Shown piece by piece: positions 33,323 to 45,129 of a stretch of 64,000 bases of DNA. The stretch comes from an uncultured delta proteobacterium. GTDB taxonomy: Bacteria; Desulfobacterota; Desulfuromonadia; Desulfuromonadales; JACZKF01. The stretch is taken from the NCBI GenBank assembly GCA_963816395.1, contig CAWFKQ010000004.1, positions 1 to 64,000 on the forward strand, in the 5' to 3' direction. A program made the position numbers and the translations under genes. The first letter of the stretch is position 1. Each line of letters starts with the position of its first letter. The notes under the pieces were generated by a model. It had not been told where the DNA came from, searched no databases, and worked only from the letters and a program-made list of their open reading frames with translations.

Positions 33323-34301
33323 TTAACGGCGCTGTTGTCCAACCACCTCATGGAGAGCCGGGTGCCCTCCGATGGCCTCCTTCCCTCGCCGGCAGGCGAT
33401 GCTGACAGCTGAGGCGGTAAGACGCAGTCGGCGGGCGATATCGACGCCGCGATGTCCGGCGGCAAAGGCGAGATGGCAAATGATGCTCCTCGCGTGTGCG
33501 ACGCGCGGCCTGCGGGTTAGCGACATCAGGTCCGTGAGCGGGAGTTCAAGTGTATCGCATACTCGGGCGATGATCTCCTCCAGAGGCATCTTCGCCGGCA
33601 TCGGATGCGCTTCTGTCTGCCGAAGAAGTTCCTCCACGAAATCCCCGGCTCCGAGCACCCGCGAATCCTTCAGCTCCAATTCCTCCGCGCGCTCATGCGC
33701 TGGTTGCCGCCGCTACATGCTGGTGCCGACCAGATCCTTCCGACGCCCCATGGCGATGCCATCCTCGACGAACAGACGGTAACGCCGGCGGGCGCCGCTG
33801 ATGGACTTGCCGAAGCGGGTAAGGATCTCGGCGGTCAACTGCCCCGGAAGATCCCCCTTTCCCATGAGCATCGCATGGCCGCACCAGGGATAGCCGTCGA
33901 GCTCGTCGATCGTCTTGACCAAGCCGGCACGCAACGGATTGAGGTGGATATATCTCACCAGCTCGAGCAGGTATTCCTCTTCCTCGCACACCAGCGACTT
34001 GTAGCGGTTCTGGAAGAGATGACCGGAGCGAGAGTGGCGGAGGTTGAAAGTGACCGCATAGCCGGTCAGCAGCCGCCGCATGAATCTGGCCAAAGGGATC
34101 TGGCGGGGGCGTAGCAGCAGATGGAAATGGTTGTCGATCAGCGCCCAGGCGAAACAGTCGGTCTCTGTGGAGACGAGTAGATCAGAGAACCGCCGGACGA
34201 ACTGGCGCCGGTCGTCATCGTCGGTGAAACTTGCGTTCTCGATCTGGCGGACGATACGTGCAGCAGGCGATTGAGGGCGCAACGGGCTTCGCTCTTGGCA
34301 T
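33323..34301 (-). pseudogene. RAYT-like HUH/Y1 transposase with C-terminal HTH, frameshifted
   Basis: AWALIDNHFHLL, FN.RH.RSGHLFQNRYKS, RYIHLNPLRAG, LG..DFVE. Confidence 0.85.
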
Positions 34302-34359
34302 GGGGGAGATAGCAGGAAACGGACAGTTTATTTAATTTTTTAGAACGTCCTTGTGTACC

Positions 34360-34443
34360 CCTCGATGAAGATCTTGCGTTTCTCGATCCCCGGACGATGA
34401 CGTGTGCGGGAATTGGGGATGTCGATGCGAGCGGCGTGGGCAT
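34360..34443 (-). pseudogene. Second RAYT 5' remnant
   Basis: Fragments MP.AARIDIP, HVIVRG and IEKRKIF in shifted frames. Confidence 0.65.
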
Positions 34444-34739
34444 GGGGGGAGAATACCGGGAAGGTGAGTTACTCGAGGTTTTAGACGTCCCCTGGGTGGC
34501 CCTCCCTTCGGGTTGCCATGAAGGATTTTTTTTGTTGACGTTAGGCGCTGGAACAAGTAGGAAAGAAGAAATTCATGTGAATTGTTGAGGGGTGGTTCGT
34601 AGTGTGAATCTCAAGGAGCCGTTTTCCCGGGAGAAGGAAAAGCGGCTCTTTTGTATTATCGGTTGGCTATTTCCAAAAAGAGGCGAAAACCAAAAAAGAT
34701 TTTCAACTAATCTTCTTATCAACATCGGCAAGGGGGGGA

Positions 34740-35706
34740 TACGTGGACTCTGGATCGTGTTCTGGAGGTCAAAGACAATCGATCGGTTAGGCTGAAGGTC
34801 ACAGATAAATGCCCTTTGAGCTGTTGCTTCTGTCATGCTGAAGGAGGCAGATCGACACCGAAGATATACCGTGCGAACGAGCAGATTGCGGAAATCCTGT
34901 GCAAGCTAAATGAGAAACTAGATTTGAAAGAGATTCACCTTAGAGGTGATGAGCCCACGTTTAACAAAGAATTGGCCGAAATATCTTCAGGTATTTTCTC
35001 AATTGGACTCGACGTTAAAGTCACAACAAACGGTCAATTTAATCACAATGTGATTGACCAGCTAAGGAAAGCCGGTGTTTTTGAGTTTAATTTCAGCGTT
35101 CACGCCTTAAATAATTTAGATTTGATTAAAATCATGCCAATGATGTCGGGATAAGAAATCTGCTTCAAATCTGCATTGAAAGCAGAGGAAAAATTTATTG
35201 TATGCGAAAAAAAAGGAGTTAAGGTTAAGATTAATACTGTAATTAGCACTACTGATGATTTGAAGCGAGCAGAAAAGATATTCTTTTTTGCCAGTTATAA
35301 TAACATCCCACTACGCTTGCTTAATGACTTGAACAGGGGTGAGGAGTCTGTAAAGGCTATAGACCATTTCGTCTCCAATGTCATAAAAGCTGAAAAATTT
35401 AAAAAAATATTGATTAATTCAAGCTCTAGCAGGATTGATTATTATCGTGACAAAAATGGATTTGAATTTTGTGTAAAGAAAATTGACATTGATAAGCTCC
35501 AGACCTTATGCTTTGACTGCGAAGAGAAATGCAAGAAGGGTTTTTACGGTCTGCGAATAGAAAAACGTAATGGTATATTATATATAAGAATATGTGTCGA
35601 TAGAAAAGATGGGAAAAATTTGATGCCATTGAATGAATACTTATCTTCCGACTTTTGCAAAGAATACAAAGATAAACTTGATTTAATCGTACAAACGAAT
35701 AATTAG
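34740..35706 (+). pseudogene. MoaA-like radical SAM protein with in-frame TAA at 35152-35154; start uncertain
   Basis: RSVRLKVTDKCPLSCCFCHAEG (CxxxCxxC), GDEPT, VTTNG, NFSVH, KINTV, and C-terminal CFDC...C..GFYGLR...C. Confidence 0.8.
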
Positions 35707-35717
35707 GAGTTCAACAA

Positions 35718-36197
35718 ATGAGCCTGATAAATACAAAAAAAGAAATTCTCTCAGAGTTGTTGCATTGGCACAATCGAAGGAAAGAATAGCAAAAGAAAAC
35801 CAAAAGAAGACTCAAGAGCGAGCCAGTGAGGAAGAGGGAGCAATACAGTCCAGATACTCTACCTTTAAAGAAGAAGGTCAGTATCTAGCTGGCGGCCTGA
35901 AGATAATGCATGAGGATCTCAAGGCAGACGTTGCTATGATTCGAAGCATGATTCATTATGTGCTCAAGGAGAATGAGAAAGTGGAGTCCTTATCGAGAGT
36001 GGAGGTGGAGATCGAGAGATGGTTCCCAGGAAAAATTTTTTATTATCTATGCGGCCGGGAGAGAAAAAATAAGAGAGAGAAGATACTAGCCCCAAGGCGC
36101 CTCTCGGGAAAGCACTAATCGGCAAGGAAATAGGGGATCATTTCGCTTTTAGGATTGGTGACAATGTTAGAGAGGGGAGATTTTGGATGTCGCCTAA
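35718..36197 (+). pseudogene. GreA/GreB-like factor, frameshifted
   Basis: RBS AGGAG; coiled coil ...EEEGAIQSRYSTFKEEGQYLAGG; C-terminal SPKAPLGKALIGKEIGD read manually at 36088-36138. Confidence 0.7.
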
Positions 36198-38072
36198 CCT
36201 ATTCCTTGTGATCGAGGGGATCGATGGCGTAGGCAAGTCGACCATAGTTGAGTTGCTAGCTGATAAATTGGGAGCGCATTCCCTCGAAACACCATGCGGT
36301 GTGATGCGAAAATACAGAAAACTTGTGGAGAGCTCCCATCCAACTGTGCGCTTTTTGTATTATGTAATCGCGAATTATTTTGGCTCCTCGCTATTTCAAG
36401 TGGGCAATGGTATGACAGGGTGATTTTTCATCCCAGGCCCGGAGGTCCGATTTTTTCATGAATCCTGAAGCTCTTTTTGCCGTTGCCCTTGGAATTACCC
36501 CGCCCTGGGAAGTCGTTGGAGTCGAGTTCTCCCAAGAGAACAAGAGGCTCGATATCCGCATTGATTTTCCTCGCGGCGCCCAGTTCGCCTGCCCCGTCTG
36601 CGGGGCCTCTGCCCCCGTTCATGACACGACCGAAAAGACTTGGCGGCACCTGAATTTTTTCCAGTACGAAGCCTATCTGACGGCCCGGGTGCCGCGGGTG
36701 AAGTGCCCCAATACCGGCTGTGGTGTGAAGCAGATCCAGGTCCACTGGGCACGCCCCGGTTCCGGTTTTACTCTCCTTTTCGAGGCGCTGGTCATGGCCC
36801 TGGTCCGAGAGATGCCCGTCAAGATCGCAGCGGCCTTGCTGGGCGAACACGACACCCGCATCTGGCGGGTTCTCGATCATTATGTGCACAGCGCCGCGCC
36901 CAAGAGGATCATTCGGAGGTGAAGCGCGTCGGCATTGACGAAACATCCGCCAGGCGAGGCCAGGACTACATCTCCCTCTTCTTTGATCTGGACCTGCGGC
37001 GACTTCTTTTCGGCACCGAGGGCAAGGGCCATGAGACCGTCAAGGCCTTCGCGGAGGATTTCAAGGCCCACAAGGGCGATCCCGCGAACGTTACCGAGCC
37101 TGCATCGATATGTCCAAGGCCTTCATCAAAGGGGTGAACGAAGCCCTTCCCAACGCCGAAATCACCTTGATCCGTTCCACCTGATTCAGCACATGAACGA
37201 CGCTTTGAGCAAGGTACGGGCGGAAGAAGCCCGGCTCTATCCGGAGATGATGAAAGGCAGCCGTTACGCCTTTTTGAAAAACCCGGAAAACCTGACCGAG
37301 AAACAGGATGAAACCTTGACCCGGCTCTGCAACTTCCGGCTCAAGACGGCCAGGGCCTATCTCATCAAACTGGCCCTCCAGGATGTCTACTTCGCCACCA
37401 GCCGCGAGGATGCCCAGGGACGGCTTAACGCCTGGTATAGCTGGGCGATCCGAAGCCAGATTGACCAAGTGAAGAAAGTCGCCAAAACGGTTAAAAACCA
37501 CTGGAACGGAATCCTGACCTGGTTCGACAGCCAGCTTTCCAACGGGTTTCTCGAAGCCGTCAACGGCCTCATCCAGGCGGCCAAAAGGAGAGCCCGTGGG
37601 TATCGCACCACCAAGAACCTGATCAACATGGCTTACCTCATTGCCGGTAAGCTGGATTTCAGGCTACCCACTTGAAATAGCGAGGAGCCATTATTTTGTG
37701 CGTCTGCAGAAAGAGAATGAAATATAAAACTGTGTGTTTTTGACCGATTTATTCACTCTACCAAAGCGCATCACATCGCATACGGCAGCAAACTTGCAAA
37801 AATAATTACTCTTAATTGGCTATCTATGGTCAGAGCCAGATATGGTTTTTTATTTATATCTAGACGAAAGTGAGCGTTTATCTCGAATTCAACTAAGAAG
37901 GAATAATACAGAGAAGGATATGGATTCAAAGTCACTTGAGCTAACACATAGGATTTTTTGCGAACTTCCAAGCATGACGAACATAAATATATCGAATTTA
38001 GGTATTGATGATTGTAAAAACAATTTGCGACGAGATAAACCTAATAAAAAAAGCACTTGTGCTAATCACTAA
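36187..38072 (+). pseudogene. Thymidylate-kinase-family (CMPK2-like) NMP kinase interrupted by ISL3
   Basis: IEGIDGVGKST P-loop before the IS; VFDRFIHST and PDMVFYL...ERLSRIQLR after it. Confidence 0.85.
36382..37689 (+). mobile_element. ISL3-family element (transposase 36458-37675, frameshifted)
   Basis: Perfect 23-bp terminal inverted repeat GGCTCCTCGCTATTTCAAGTGGG; 8-bp target duplication ATTATTTT; CPVCG, WRHL, GIDETS, DPFH, SNGFLEAVN..IQ..KR.ARGY. Confidence 0.95.
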
Positions 38073-38220
38073 ATCAACTGTAGTGTGAAGAGTTTTTCGT
38101 TTTCTTGGCAGTGCCGGGTGGCTTAGATCGCCTCAGCCGCTCTCATCATCAACTCCAGTTCCTGCTCCCTGAGGTAGTTAGCGGGAGTTTATACGTTTGA
38201 CGATCGGCAATATGTTCAAG

Positions 38221-38248
38221 AAAAAAGGGCGGCCTCGCGGCCGCCCTT
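38221..38248 (-). terminator. Terminator of the dap operon
   Basis: AAGGGCGGCC-TCGC-GGCCGCCCTT with an A-tract on the plus strand. Confidence 0.85.
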
Positions 38249-38255
38249 CGTCATC

Positions 38256-39490
38256 TTATCCCAGGTTTTTCCTGATCCTCGCCACCGCCTCCTCAACATT
38301 CTCCCGATCCCCGAACGCCGACAACCGGAAGTACCCTTCGCCGCTCGGCCCGAAGCCGGAGCCGGGGGTCCCGACCACGTGGGCACTCGTTCAGCAGCTT
38401 GTCGAAGAAGTCCCAGGAGGAGAGCCCGGCGGGGGTCTTGAGCCAGATGTAGGGGGCGTTGACCCCGCCGTAGACGGTGATGCCGGCGGCCTTGAGGCCC
38501 TCGCGGATGATGCGGGCGTTTTCCATGTAGTAGTCGATGATCTCCTTCACCTGCTGCCAGCCCTGCGTCGGAGTAGACCGCCTGCGCGGCCTTCTGCACC
38601 GGGTAGGAGACGCCGTTGAACTTGGTCGACTGGCGGCGGTTCCACAGCTTGTTGAGGGAGACCTTTTCCCCCTTGGCCGTCTTCGCCGTCACCTCTTCCG
38701 GGACGACAGTCAGGGCGCAGCGCACGCCGGTGAAGCCGGCGGTCTTGGAGAAGGAGCGGAACTCGATGGCGCACTTGCGGGCGCCCTCGACCTCGTAGAT
38801 GGAGTGGGGGATGCCCGGTTCGGTGATGAACGCCTCATAGGCGGCGTCGTAGAAGATCACCGCGTCGTTGGCGATGGCGTAGTCGACCCACTTCTTCAGT
38901 TCGTCTTTCGTCGCCACCGCCCCGGTCGGGTTGTTGGGGAAGCAGAGATAGATGATGTCCACCTTCTCCTTCGGCAGGGCGGGGGTGAAGCCGTTCGCCT
39001 CGGTGCAGGGCATGTAGACCATCCCCTCGTAATACCCCTTCTCGTTCGCCTCGCCGGTGCGGCCGATCATGACGTTGGTGTCGTTGTAGACCGGGTAGAC
39101 CGGGTCGCCGATGGCCACTTTGTTGGAGAGGTCGAAAATGTCGAGGATGTTGGCGCAGTCGCACTTGGAGCCGTCGGAGATGAACACCTCGCTCGGGCGC
39201 ACGTCGGCGCCGAGGGGCTTGTAGGCCTTTTCGATGATGGTGTCGATGAGCCACTCGTAGCCCTGCTCCGGGCCGTAGCCGTGGAAAGTCTGGCCCTGGG
39301 CCAGGTCGTCGATCGCTTTATGAAAGGCGTCGATGACGGCGGGGACGAGCGGGCGGGTGACGTCGCCGATCCCCAGGCGGATGACCTTAGCCTGCGGGTT
39401 GGCGGCGGTGAAGGCCTTGACGCGGCGGCCGATCTCGGGGAAGAGATAGCCGGCTTTGAGTTTGAGGTAGTTGTCGTTGAGGCGGGCCAT
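38256..39490 (-). CDS. dapL: LL-diaminopimelate aminotransferase, frameshifts at ~38565 and ~38380
   Basis: [39 protein letters not shown]. Confidence 0.93.
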
Positions 39491-39532
39491 GCGGTATAAT
39501 CCTCCGAAAAAAGTCTTGAAAGAAATTCTTTC

Positions 39533-39641
39533 TCACCGCAAAGGCGCAAAGGACGCCAAGAAAGGCTGAGAAGCCAAACCCTGATTGGGGTTTTTCTTTG
39601 CGTTCTTTGCGTCTTGAGTGAGCGAAGCGAACGGGCGGTGA
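39533..39641. repeat. Intergenic palindrome of CGCAAAG repeats
   Basis: TCACCGCAAAGGCGCAAAG...CTTTGCGTTCTTTGCG...GCGGTGA. Confidence 0.75.
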
Positions 39642-39648
39642 AGTTTGG

Positions 39649-40453
<805 letters not shown>

Positions 40454-40512
40454 AGGATTCTCTTTCGGCTCTCGGTTCTTGCGGTTTGTGAAAAATTCAG
40501 AACAAAATCATA

Positions 40513-40650
40513 TCTCACGCGATGTCGCAACGAAGTTTAAAACCATGCACCTGGACCAAACCATATTTCACGCGACGCCGCGACGCTCGCAACGAAGTGC
40601 AAAACCATGCACCTGATTTTTCCGTCGCGTCGGTGCGCCGTTGCGTGAGA
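40513..40650. repeat. CTCACGCGA-family palindrome with an internally duplicated left arm
   Basis: TCACGCGA...TCGCAACGAAGT..AAAACCATGCACCTG occurs twice; closes with GCGTGAGA. Confidence 0.8.
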
Positions 40651-40657
40651 CGCGCCT

Positions 40658-41534
40658 TTAGATCAGGTTATGCTTCTTCAGTACGCTCTTGAGCTTCTCC
40701 AGGCTGGCCGGTTGCAGCGCTACCAGCGGCAGGCGCACCTGCGGCTCAATTTTGCCCATCAGGCCGAGGGACGGTCTTGACCGGCACCGGGTTGGATTCG
40801 ATGAACATCGCCTGGTGCAGGTCGAGCAGCTGCAAATGCAGGCGGCGGGCTTCCTCCCATTTCCCATCCCGGACGGCGGCGACCATCGCCTTCACCTGGC
40901 GCGGGGCGATATTGGCGGTGACCGAGATCACCCCCTTGGCGCCGCAGGCCATCAGCGGCAGGGTGAGAAAGTCGTCGCCGGAGAGCACGTCGATCTTGTC
41001 GCCGGCGGCCGCCAGGATCTCTCCCGTCTGGGTGACGTTGCCGGAGGCCTCCTTGATCGCCACGATATTGGCCAGCTCGGCCAGGCGGATGGTGGTCTTC
41101 GCCTCCATGTTCATGCCGGTGCGCCCCGGGACATTGTAGAGTACCTGCGGCAGGGGGACCTTCTCGGCGATCGCTTTATAGTGCTGGTAAAGCCCCTCCT
41201 GCGACGGTTTGTTGTAATAGGGGGAGACCAGCAGCACCCCGTCGGCCCCCATTTCTTTGGCGTGCAGGCTGAGCTCGATCGCCTCGGCGGTGGAATTGGA
41301 ACCGGTGCCGGCGATGACCGGCACCCGCTTTTTCACCTGCTCGATGCAGGTCCGAATCACCCGGTCGTGCTCCTGGTAGTCGAGGGTGGCGGACTCGCCG
41401 GTCGTGCCGCAGGGGATGATGCAGTCGGTGCCGTTTTCGATCTGGAACTCGATCAGCTGCCGGTATTTCTCCTCATCGAAGCGCTCCTGGCGGTCGAAGG
41501 GAGTAACGATGGCGACCATTGATCCTGTAAACAT
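40658..41534 (-). CDS. dapA: 4-hydroxy-tetrahydrodipicolinate synthase, frameshift at ~40770
   Basis: GTTGES, PYYNKP, YNVPGRT, IKEASG, ESNPVPVK. Confidence 0.95.
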
Positions 41535-41639
41535 GGATGCCTCCTCTGCTATGAAAACAATGTTATGACGGCGAAAAGGTCTATATTACTAGCATACCGG
41601 CCGGGCAAAGTCAAAATGCCGGCGGCCGGATAGCGGCCT

Positions 41640-42464
41640 CTATTTGCCGGCCTGCGGCATGGCCTCGACGGTGGCGCTCGGGGCGCTTTCCGCCGGGTAG
41701 CCGCGGGCCTGAATCGCCAGCGTCACGCTGTAGAGATAGGTGCGGCCGTTCTCCGGGCCGAAATCGTCGAAAGCGGGCTCCGTCAGCGGCTGCTGAGTTG
41801 ATCGGCTGCAGGGGCAAGTCGGCGTCGGCTTCATGCCGGTAGACGTAATAGCCGAGAAACTTGCCGGGAATTTCGGCCGGCGGCGCCCAGCGCAGGCGAA
41901 CCAGGCGGTCGAGGCCGGTCGCCTGCAGCTGCTGCGGCGGCGGCGGAATCGACACAAACAGGCGCCGGGCCTCGGCCGGGATGCCCGGCCGGTCGCCGGC
42001 GGCCATTGCCACCACCTGGTAGACATAGCCGTAGTCCAGCTGCGGTTGATCGTCCCACCAGTATAGGCGATCATCCAGCCGGCGCACGCCCCGCAGGTAA
42101 TCGAGGTCGACTTCGCGCACCAGGGTGAAATCGGGACGGCAGTCGGGGCATTCCTCCCCCGGGATAAAACGCATCCGGGAAACCCGGAAGCCCTGCAGAT
42201 CGGTGAGCGGCGAGCCGTTCTGGTTGGATTTGGGGATCTTCCAGGAAACGAGAAAGCGGTCTCCCCGCTGCTCGATGGCGACCGGCGCCGGCGCCGCCGG
42301 CACCGGCAGCAGCTTGGCCCGCACCGGCCCCTTCTTGCCGCAGGCGGGGAGTGAGACAGTGGTGGCCAGCAGAACGAGTAAGCACAGGCGTGACGAGTGA
42401 TGCGTAATAGTGACACGTGAAAAGCCTCGCTTCGATGCCACAGTGCGACAAACATCATCTTCAC
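41640..42464 (-). CDS. Fibronectin type III-domain lipoprotein, frameshifted; start uncertain
   Basis: ACGKKGP lipobox, GF.V.R, CPDC, GY.VYR, ESAPS. Confidence 0.7.
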   Translation of the reverse strand: MKMMFVALWHRSEAFHVSLLRITRHACAYSFCWPPLSHSPPAARRGRCGPSCCRCRRRRRRSPSSSGETAFSFPGRSPNPTRTARRSPICRASGFPGCVLSRGRNAPTAVPISPWCAKSTSITCGACAGWMIAYTGGTINRSWTTAMSTRWWQWPPATGRASRPRPGACLCRFRRRRSSCRRPASTAWFACAGRRRPKFPASFSAITSTGMKPTPTCPCSRSTQQPLTEPAFDDFGPENGRTYLYSVTLAIQARGYPAESAPSATVEAMPQAGK

Positions 42465-43852
42465 GCCTTGCTCCCCAGCGCGCCTCGCCTTGCGGCCCGC
42501 GCAATCTCCCTTTCGACCGCTTCCCGCGCCGTGCCGCCGGTGGCGCGGCGGGCGTTGACCGAAGCCTCCAGGGTCACATGGTCGTAGATGTCTGCCGCGA
42601 TCAGGGAGGAGAACCGCCGGAACTCCTCCAGGGAGAGTTCGGGGATGTCCTTTTCCTGCTCGATGCAGTAGCGCACCGTCTTGCCGACCACCTCGTGCGC
42701 CTGGCGGAAGGGCAGACCCTTGCGCACCAGGTAGTCGGCCACGTCGGTGGCGGTGGAAAACCCGCGGGCGGCGGCCCGGCGCATGTTCTCCCGGCGCACT
42801 GCCATGCCGGCGATCATGTCGGCGAAGATTTTCAGGCTCCCCTTGACCGTGTCGAGGGTATCGAAAAGCGGTTCCTTGTCTTCCTGCATGTCCTTGTTGT
42901 AGGCCAGCGGCAGCGACTTCATCAGGGTCAGCAGGCTCACCAGGTTGCCGTAGACCCGGCCGCTCTTGCCGCGCACCAGCTCCGGGACGTCCGGGTTCTT
43001 CTTCTGCGGCATGATCGAGCTGCCGGTGCAGAAGGCGTCGGTCAGCTCGATGAAGGCGAAGTCGGCGCTCGACCAGAGGATCAGCTCCTCGGCCAGGCGC
43101 GAGAGGTGCATCATGACGATGGCGCCGGCGGCGCAGAACTCGATGGCGAAATCGCGGTCGGAGACCGAATCGAGGCTGTTGCGGGTCACCCCGGCGAAGC
43201 CGAGCTGTTCGGCGACGAATTCGCGGTCGATGGGGAAGGTGGTGCCGGCCAGGGCGCCGGCCCCCAGCGGCATGACGTTGAGCCGCCGGCGGCAGTCGGT
43301 GAGACGGTCGGCGTCGCGGCGGAACATCTCATAATAGGCGAGCAGGTGATGGGCGAAGAGGATCGGCTGCGCGGTCTGCAGATGGGTAAAGCCGGGCATC
43401 ACGGTGTCGAGGTTCCCCTCCGCCTGGGCGAGCAGCGCCTCCTGCAGACGGTCGAGAAAGGCCAGCACCGCATCGATCTCATCGCGCAGATAGAGGCGTA
43501 TGTCGAGGGCCACCTGATCGTTGCGCGAGCGGGCCGTGTGCAGCTTGCCGCCGATCGGGCCGATGCGCTCGATGAGTCGCGCCTCGATATTCATGTGGAT
43601 ATCCTCGAGGCTGACCTTGAACTCGAAATTCCCCGCCTCGATGTCGGCCAGTATCGCCTCCAGGCCGGCGACGATCTGCTGTGCTTCCGCTTCGGTGATA
43701 ATTTTCTGCCTGGCCAGCATCCGGGCATGGGCGACGGAACCCGTGATGTCGTAACGGTAGAGGCGCTGGTCGAAATCGATCGAGGCGGTGAATTCCTCGA
43801 CGAAGCGGTCGGTGGGCTGAGTGAAGCGGCCGGCCCAGGGTTTGTCGCTCAT
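42461..43852 (-). CDS. argH: Argininosuccinate lyase
   Basis: [27 protein letters not shown]. Confidence 0.97.
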   Translation of the reverse strand: MSDKPWAGRFTQPTDRFVEEFTASIDFDQRLYRYDITGSVAHARMLARQKIITEAEAQQIVAGLEAILADIEAGNFEFKVSLEDIHMNIEARLIERIGPIGGKLHTARSRNDQVALDIRLYLRDEIDAVLAFLDRLQEALLAQAEGNLDTVMPGFTHLQTAQPILFAHHLLAYYEMFRRDADRLTDCRRRLNVMPLGAGALAGTTFPIDREFVAEQLGFAGVTRNSLDSVSDRDFAIEFCAAGAIVMMHLSRLAEELILWSSADFAFIELTDAFCTGSSIMPQKKNPDVPELVRGKSGRVYGNLVSLLTLMKSLPLAYNKDMQEDKEPLFDTLDTVKGSLKIFADMIAGMAVRRENMRRAAARGFSTATDVADYLVRKGLPFRQAHEVVGKTVRYCIEQEKDIPELSLEEFRRFSSLIAADIYDHVTLEASVNARRATGGTAREAVEREIARAARRGALGSKA

Positions 43853-43890
43853 GGGGAAGCTCCGTTTGCGTTAGGCGGTGGATTGCGGAA

Positions 43891-45129
43891 TCAGTTCGTT
43901 TGGCCCTGCTCGCCCGAAACCAGGCCGGGGGCAGCGGTATCCGCCGGTTTCGGGGCGATGGCCGCGGCCTGCAATTCCTCGTCGGCCAGGCGGACCCAGG
44001 TGTGATCTCCGGCCGGCCGATAGATGCCGTGAACCTTCAGCGGAAAGCGCGTGGTGCGCGGGTCGAGTTCATGGAACAGCGGAAGATTGAAATAATACAG
44101 CCGCGTCTCACTGCCGAAGCGCAGGCGGCAGACCGGCAGCCCGCCGAAATCGTCGCTGGCGAACTCGAGGTAATTCGCCGGCCCGAGCTTGTGGCTCTGG
44201 TGGATGATCACCGAGGAATAGCCGTAGGTGAATTCGCCCTTGGCGAACAGGCCGCTGGTTTCGTCCGAGGCGTTGCAGAAGAGGGTGACGGTATCCCGCA
44301 CGCCCGGCGTATAGGCGAGGTATTCGCCATAGAAGCCGTTGACGACATCGCGGAAGGCCTTGTGCTCCGGCTTCGGATTGCATTCGATGATGGCGAGCAG
44401 ATCGAGCCGTTGGCGGGTGCGGTAGAAGAGTTCGTTGGCTTTCTCGATGATGGCGCTGATATTCGACTGGTACAGATCGCGGTAGACGTAGTCGAGGCAG
44501 ATCAGGGCCATGAAGTTGAAGCCGTTGGGCAGCGAGCGGAACAGGGGGAACACCTTGCCCCGGTAGAGGTCGTGGAAAGGATCGATCGTCTCCTCGCCGA
44601 CGAAAGGGTGGCTTTTGGCCATGAGGAATACGCGCAGGCGGCCGTCGCTCTCCTTGATCGCGGTGACCGCCCAGTTCACCGGTATCTCCTCGATATCGCC
44701 TGCATCGATGTCTGCCAGCACCGAGGCCAGGGCCTCTTCGTTGTCGCGGCGGTGCCGCTCGAGAAACTGGCGGTACTCGGTCAGCCGGACGTGTTCCACC
44801 CCGAAAATGGTGACGGTATTGGGGCGGAAATGGTCGCGGATGAAGTCGAGGGTCTCCTCCACGTGCTCCGCCGGCATAGCGGCTTCCGGGAGAATCAGGA
44901 AGTTGAGCTTCTTCAGGTTGCCCGGGCCCCTGGCCACCAGTTCGAGAATAGAGTGGATCTCCCGCCATTGATCGCCCGGGTCGGTGAGCTTGCAGGCAAA
45001 GTTGCGCAGTCCCAGATGGTTGGGGATCTGGCAGACCAGGCAGTGCTGGTGATGCCCGAGGGTGAATTCGATATTCACCTTTTTTTCCACGATCCGGAAC
45101 ATGGCCCTTACGGTTTTTCCACCGGACAC
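43891..45129 (-). CDS. Hypothetical protein with carbon-nitrogen hydrolase-like motifs
   Basis: ILPE, AKSHPF and LICLDY resemble the E-K-C nitrilase triad. Confidence 0.6.
   Translation of the reverse strand: MSGGKTVRAMFRIVEKKVNIEFTLGHHQHCLVCQIPNHLGLRNFACKLTDPGDQWREIHSILELVARGPGNLKKLNFLILPEAAMPAEHVEETLDFIRDHFRPNTVTIFGVEHVRLTEYRQFLERHRRDNEEALASVLADIDAGDIEEIPVNWAVTAIKESDGRLRVFLMAKSHPFVGEETIDPFHDLYRGKVFPLFRSLPNGFNFMALICLDYVYRDLYQSNISAIIEKANELFYRTRQRLDLLAIIECNPKPEHKAFRDVVNGFYGEYLAYTPGVRDTVTLFCNASDETSGLFAKGEFTYGYSSVIIHQSHKLGPANYLEFASDDFGGLPVCRLRFGSETRLYYFNLPLFHELDPRTTRFPLKVHGIYRPAGDHTWVRLADEELQAAAIAPKPADTAAPGLVSGEQGQTN

Noticed and set aside
34740..35706. Calling the radical SAM a bona fide viperin or a housekeeping moaA
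   Set aside because: It lacks the viperin NYH..CNY.C.FCF context, has no moa neighbours and has foreign base composition; left as MoaA-like of unknown function
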